In this document: piece after piece, positions 59,886 to 64,000 of the stretch
Layout: the number at the start of each line of letters is the position of its first letter
How positions within the stretch are numbered: the stretch's first letter is position 1
DNA from: an uncultured Clostridia bacterium
Lineage (GTDB): Bacteria; Bacillota; Clostridia; Christensenellales; Aristaeellaceae
DNA: 64,000 nucleotides
Assembly: GCA_946413245.1 (NCBI GenBank)
Contig: CAMKJS010000005.1
Location: 5,845-69,844 of the forward strand
Reading direction: 5' to 3'
Translations under genes and position numbers: made by a program
The notes under the pieces: model-generated
Told to the model about the DNA's origin: nothing
The model's database searches: none
The model's input: only the letters and a program-made list of their open reading frames with translations

Positions 59886-62783
59886 ATGAGGACGGTGACG
59901 TATCCGGATTTTTTCCGGAGGGAAGATCTGCACATCGACGAGCCCGCGGTGCGGGACCGGAAGATTCAGGCCCTGATCGACGCGATGACCATGGAGGAGA
60001 AGTTCTCCCTTCTGGGCGGATCGAAGGAGCCGGACGACAAGGGAAAGATCGGGAACGCGGGATATCAGTGGGGCGTGCCGCGCCTGGGTATTCCGGAAGC
60101 GGTTATGTACGACGGACCTGCCGGCATCACCGGGGTGGTGGAGACCACCGGCCTGCCGCAGCCGTCGCTGCTGGGCTGCACCTGGGACGAGGACATGGCC
60201 TATGAATTCGGAGCGGTTGCCGCGTCGGAAGCGGCGGCGTGCTCGGGAAACTATCTGCTGGCGCCCCAGGTGGACGTGATCAGGACCCCGCATTTCGGAC
60301 GGAACAAGGACATGAAGGCGGAGGACAGCTATCTGGCCGGTCGGCTGGGTACGGCGGAAACGAAGGGCTGCCAGGACCAGGGCGTGATTGCGACCATCAA
60401 GCATTTTGCCGTGGCGAACACCTTCGGCCGTTCCTTTGTCAATTTCCCGAACGAAATGGTGGACGAGCAGACCCTGCACGAGCAGTATCTGCGCACCTTC
60501 GAGATGGCGATCCACGAAGGGAACGCCGGCAGCGTGATGAATTCCTACAACAGGGTGAACGGGAAGTACGCCTCGGCCAGCAGCGAACTGCTGAAGGACG
60601 TGCTCCGGGATCAGTGGGGATACAAAGGCTCCGTGATGAGCGACTGGGGCTCGGTCCACGAGTTCACGCTCAACAAGGGGATGGATATGGAGATGCCGTA
60701 TCCGGCCTATAACAACGCCAACCGCATCCTGAAGCATATCGAGCGGGGCGATATGACCTTCGGTGAGCTCAACGAAGCCGTGCGGCACGTGCTGTACGGG
60801 ATGTCCGCGGTCGGCCTGCTGGGGCTTGTGCAGCTGGATGAGGAAGGGAAGGTGATCCCGGATCCCTGGCGGAAACAGCCGATCCAGATGGAATGGCTCT
60901 ATGAGCGGAAACTGGCGGAAGGCCTGTTTGAGGAGAACGCGCGCATAGCGGCGAAAATCGTGGAAGAGGGCGCCGTGCTGCTGAAGAACGACGGGGTGCT
61001 GCCGCTGAGCCCGAAAGCGCTGGAAGGCAACGTGGCCCTGATCGGCCTCGGGGCCAAATATCCGGTCACCGGCGATCAGCAGGAGCGCAGCTTCGGCACC
61101 ATTCGCCGGATGCAGTCCGGGAAGGAATCGCTGGAGGAGGTCACCGGAAAGACCTTTGCGGCCTGTCCGGGCATCGACTATCCGGGTGAACCGATTCCGG
61201 CGGAGGCGCTGTTTCAGGACGCGGCCGGGGAAAAGCCGGGCCTTGTGCGGACATACGGCATCCTTGACGAAGACAGGGATCCGGTGGCCGCGGAGAAGGG
61301 CCCCGGCGGCGCGGGAGCGGCGTTTTTCGGGCTTCAGGCCTTTGACGAGGACGGTGTTCTGATCGAAACCGGCATGACCAGCTACAACGCGATGGACGAA
61401 AAGAAGATCGGGGCGGACCTGCTCGGCAAAGTCTGGGGCGTCGATCCGACGGTCGATTTCACCGTGGGCACGGACGAAAGCGGCGCGGTGGTCAAAACGT
61501 ATCGGAACGGCCCGAACGGAACCGCGTTTACCGACCAGGCGGCCTGGACGTGGAAGGGCTTCCTGAAGCCGGCGGAAACAGGCGATTACCGCCTGATGCT
61601 GCATTGCATCGGCGGCATGGCCAGCTTTTTTATCCGGACGGAGGAGGGCTGGAAAACAGCGGGGCGCAGCCTCATGCGGGAATGGGCCCAGTGGCCCTGG
61701 GAATCCCTGATCTGCACCCGGGAGGGAATGGGAATCACCGGAAACATGTTCCGCCTGGAAGCGGGAAAGACCTATCCGATCCTGGTCCACGGACGCCAGT
61801 GCGTGAAGAACAAGGATCTGCAGATCCGGATTGCCTGGGAGACGCCCTCCTTCCGGAAAAACAGCTATGAAGCCGCGCTGAAAGCGGCCGCGGAAGCGGA
61901 TACCGTCGTCTATTACGCCTGCGACCATGTCATGCGGGATATGATGTCTCTCTTCAGGAAAATCGCGGAGGAGCAGCCGCTGGAAATCACCGGCGATCAG
62001 CGGCGGCTGCTGGCGGACGTCATCGCGGCGAAGAAACCGGAGGCGAAGCTGATCGTGCTGGTCCAGACCTCCAACGCCAGGGCCCTGGGCGAATGGGAGG
62101 CGGACGCGAACGCGATTCTGACCGCCTATCATCCGGGCCAGGAAGGGGCTCGGGTGATCGCGAAGATCCTCACAGGCGCAGTCAATCCGTCCGGCAAGCT
62201 GTCCCAGACCTGGCCTGCCGCCACCGCGGACACCCCGCTGACCGATTCGGCGGAGCATCTGCAGGAAAGGGGCACGGGTGTCGGGGAAGGCGATCAGATC
62301 ACGATCCGGATGACGGAAGGCATCTTTACCGGCTACCGTTATTATGACAGGGAGGGCACCGATCCGCTGTATCCCTTCGGACACGGCCTGTCCTATACGA
62401 CCTATGCCTACGGCGGCCTGGAGGTCACGCCGGAGAAGGATACCTTCCGGGTCTCCTTCACGGTGCAGAATACCGGTGACCGGGCCGGGGACGAAATCGC
62501 GCAGGTGTATCTGGGCAAGGGGAAGGTCCCGGTGTATATGCAGTGCGCGGAGAAACAGCTGGTCGGCTTTGCCCGTGTGAAGGACATCCGGCCGGGCGAA
62601 ACCCGTAAGGTGTCGGTCCGGATCGACCCGACGATGCTGATGAGCTGGGATCCGGCGCAGACGATGCAGGTAAGGCCGGACGGAACAAAGGACAAATGGG
62701 TCCGTGTCACGGGCGCCCGGGAGATCCTGGTCGGGGCTTCCAGCCGGGATATCCGCCTGCGCACGACCGTCACGGTATCCTGA
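59886..62783 (+). CDS. GH3 beta-glucosidase/xylosidase with PA14-like insert and Fn3-like tail
   Basis: DGPAG, IKHF, MNSYN, VMSDW nucleophile, VLLKND, NPSGKL, YPFGHGLSYT; no signal peptide. Confidence 0.94.
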   Translation: MRTVTYPDFFRREDLHIDEPAVRDRKIQALIDAMTMEEKFSLLGGSKEPDDKGKIGNAGYQWGVPRLGIPEAVMYDGPAGITGVVETTGLPQPSLLGCTWDEDMAYEFGAVAASEAAACSGNYLLAPQVDVIRTPHFGRNKDMKAEDSYLAGRLGTAETKGCQDQGVIATIKHFAVANTFGRSFVNFPNEMVDEQTLHEQYLRTFEMAIHEGNAGSVMNSYNRVNGKYASASSELLKDVLRDQWGYKGSVMSDWGSVHEFTLNKGMDMEMPYPAYNNANRILKHIERGDMTFGELNEAVRHVLYGMSAVGLLGLVQLDEEGKVIPDPWRKQPIQMEWLYERKLAEGLFEENARIAAKIVEEGAVLLKNDGVLPLSPKALEGNVALIGLGAKYPVTGDQQERSFGTIRRMQSGKESLEEVTGKTFAACPGIDYPGEPIPAEALFQDAAGEKPGLVRTYGILDEDRDPVAAEKGPGGAGAAFFGLQAFDEDGVLIETGMTSYNAMDEKKIGADLLGKVWGVDPTVDFTVGTDESGAVVKTYRNGPNGTAFTDQAAWTWKGFLKPAETGDYRLMLHCIGGMASFFIRTEEGWKTAGRSLMREWAQWPWESLICTREGMGITGNMFRLEAGKTYPILVHGRQCVKNKDLQIRIAWETPSFRKNSYEAALKAAAEADTVVYYACDHVMRDMMSLFRKIAEEQPLEITGDQRRLLADVIAAKKPEAKLIVLVQTSNARALGEWEADANAILTAYHPGQEGARVIAKILTGAVNPSGKLSQTWPAATADTPLTDSAEHLQERGTGVGEGDQITIRMTEGIFTGYRYYDREGTDPLYPFGHGLSYTTYAYGGLEVTPEKDTFRVSFTVQNTGDRAGDEIAQVYLGKGKVPVYMQCAEKQLVGFARVKDIRPGETRKVSVRIDPTMLMSWDPAQTMQVRPDGTKDKWVRVTGAREILVGASSRDIRLRTTVTVS

Positions 62784-62846
62784 CAAAAACTTGACAATGA
62801 CCGGAAATGAGGGATCATGTCCGGCCGCGGGAAGGAGAAATATGCC

Positions 62847-64000
62847 ATGAAATCGTTTATCAAGGGTGCCAATCCCTATATGCCCCTGTGGGAGCATGTG
62901 CCGGACGGAGAGCCCCGGGTCTTTGAGCATAACGGGGAAAAGCGCGTGTACGTCTACGGCTCCCATGACATCGAGCGGCGGGAATACTGCGGGCGCAACT
63001 ATGTGGTCTGGTCGGCTCCCGTGACCGATCTGACCGACTGGACCTGTCACGGCGTATCGTATGAAACGCATTATGACTCCGTTCTCTACGCGCCGGATGT
63101 GGTCAAAAAGGGCGACACCTATTATCTCTACGCCGCCGAGAAGCGCGGCAGCCTGATCGTGGTCGCCTCCTCCAAAACACCCTGGGGGCCCTTTGAAAAC
63201 CCGGTTGAGACAAAGCTGGGCTTTGACCCCGGGATTCTCGTGGATGACGACGGGCGGGTGTACGCCTATTGGGGCGGCTGCGCCGCGCCCTGCTATATCG
63301 CGGAGCTGGAAGAGGATATGGCCACGATCAAAGCGGATACCCTGGTGGCCAACCCGCTGGGGCATTCCACCTGTCCCTGGAATCCGGTGGACGACGGGCA
63401 CATTTCGCTGATCGACGCTTTCTTTGAGGCGTCCAGCCCGCGCAAGGTGCTGGGGAAGTATGTCTATATCTTCTCCCGGCGTTATGAGAAGCCGGTGCCG
63501 GAGCTGGGCGTGTTCGGGCCGAACAACGGATTCCTGTCCTACCGTTTCAGCGATTCGCCCTTCGGCCCCTTTATCGGCGGCGGGGACATCAGCTTCAACG
63601 GCGGCGAAATCCTTCGGGACTCGGAGGGCGTCGGCACGATGACCTACCAGTGGGGCAACAACCACGGCTCCATCATGGAAGTCAACGGAAAGTGGTATGT
63701 GTTCTACCACCGGCAGACCGGGGTGAACGAATTCTCCCGCCAGGCCATGCTGGAGCCCGTCGACGTGGCGATGGGAAAAGACGGAGCGCTGTATATCGGG
63801 GAGATCCGATACCTGAACGGCGAACCGGTCTCCTCCCGCCCTGTGGAGATGACTTCCCAGGGGGCGCACATCAACGGACTGGACGCGGCCAAATGGATTT
63901 CAGCCGGATACGCGTGCCATATCCACGGAAGCAGGCAGCGTGCCTATGTCGAACCCCGCTATGAGCAGCGGGACGACGTCTCCACGCCTGTGGTCGGGAT
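62847..64000 (+). CDS. GH43-family glycoside hydrolase (runs off the window end; not in the ORF track)
   Basis: Manual translation MKSFIKGANPYMPLWEHVPDGEPRVF...VYVYGSHD...LYAPD...FDPG...FFEASS...GNNHGS; AAGGAG RBS. Confidence 0.88.
   Translation, partial: MKSFIKGANPYMPLWEHVPDGEPRVFEHNGEKRVYVYGSHDIERREYCGRNYVVWSAPVTDLTDWTCHGVSYETHYDSVLYAPDVVKKGDTYYLYAAEKRGSLIVVASSKTPWGPFENPVETKLGFDPGILVDDDGRVYAYWGGCAAPCYIAELEEDMATIKADTLVANPLGHSTCPWNPVDDGHISLIDAFFEASSPRKVLGKYVYIFSRRYEKPVPELGVFGPNNGFLSYRFSDSPFGPFIGGGDISFNGGEILRDSEGVGTMTYQWGNNHGSIMEVNGKWYVFYHRQTGVNEFSRQAMLEPVDVAMGKDGALYIGEIRYLNGEPVSSRPVEMTSQGAHINGLDAAKWISAGYACHIHGSRQRAYVEPRYEQRDDVSTPVVG

Noticed and set aside
62781-62849. Possible readthrough fusing GH3 and GH43, which share a frame
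   Set aside because: A second in-frame TGA lies in the gap and GH43 has its own RBS
59436-63869. 1477-aa minus-strand ORF
   Set aside because: Antisense shadow of the same-frame GH3 and GH43 genes caused by high-GC codon bias; no protein motifs

Overview
GC-rich bacterial chromosomal segment whose gene content and codon style fit a fibre-degrading gut or rumen clostridium (Christensenellales-like; an inference). It holds two glycan-utilisation loci. The first (0.1-11.6 kb) has GH43, a membrane-sensor AraC, two ABC solute-binding proteins, two permeases, a GH63-like enzyme and a frameshifted GH28. The second (50-64 kb) has LacI, a secreted non-catalytic protein with 3x149-aa repeats, an ABC transporter, GH5, GH3 and GH43. 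Between them is a mosaic accessory region. It contains a translationally coupled WYL-WYL pair followed by rtcB, with candidate operators; a sugar-acid dehydratase/aldolase pair; and GH20 and GH109-like genes. It also has a TetR-DUF308-ABC1 kinase cluster with a recurring operator motif, an AT-richer Schlafen/AlbA_2-HicB islet behind a complex palindrome, two multi-domain fusions and four gene remnants. I saw no rRNA, tRNA, CRISPR array, integrase or transposase. The best candidates for an under-described system are the WYL-WYL-RtcB RNA-repair module and the repeat-protein/GH5/ABC glycan-capture locus. All family calls come from recognising motifs by eye; no searches were run.
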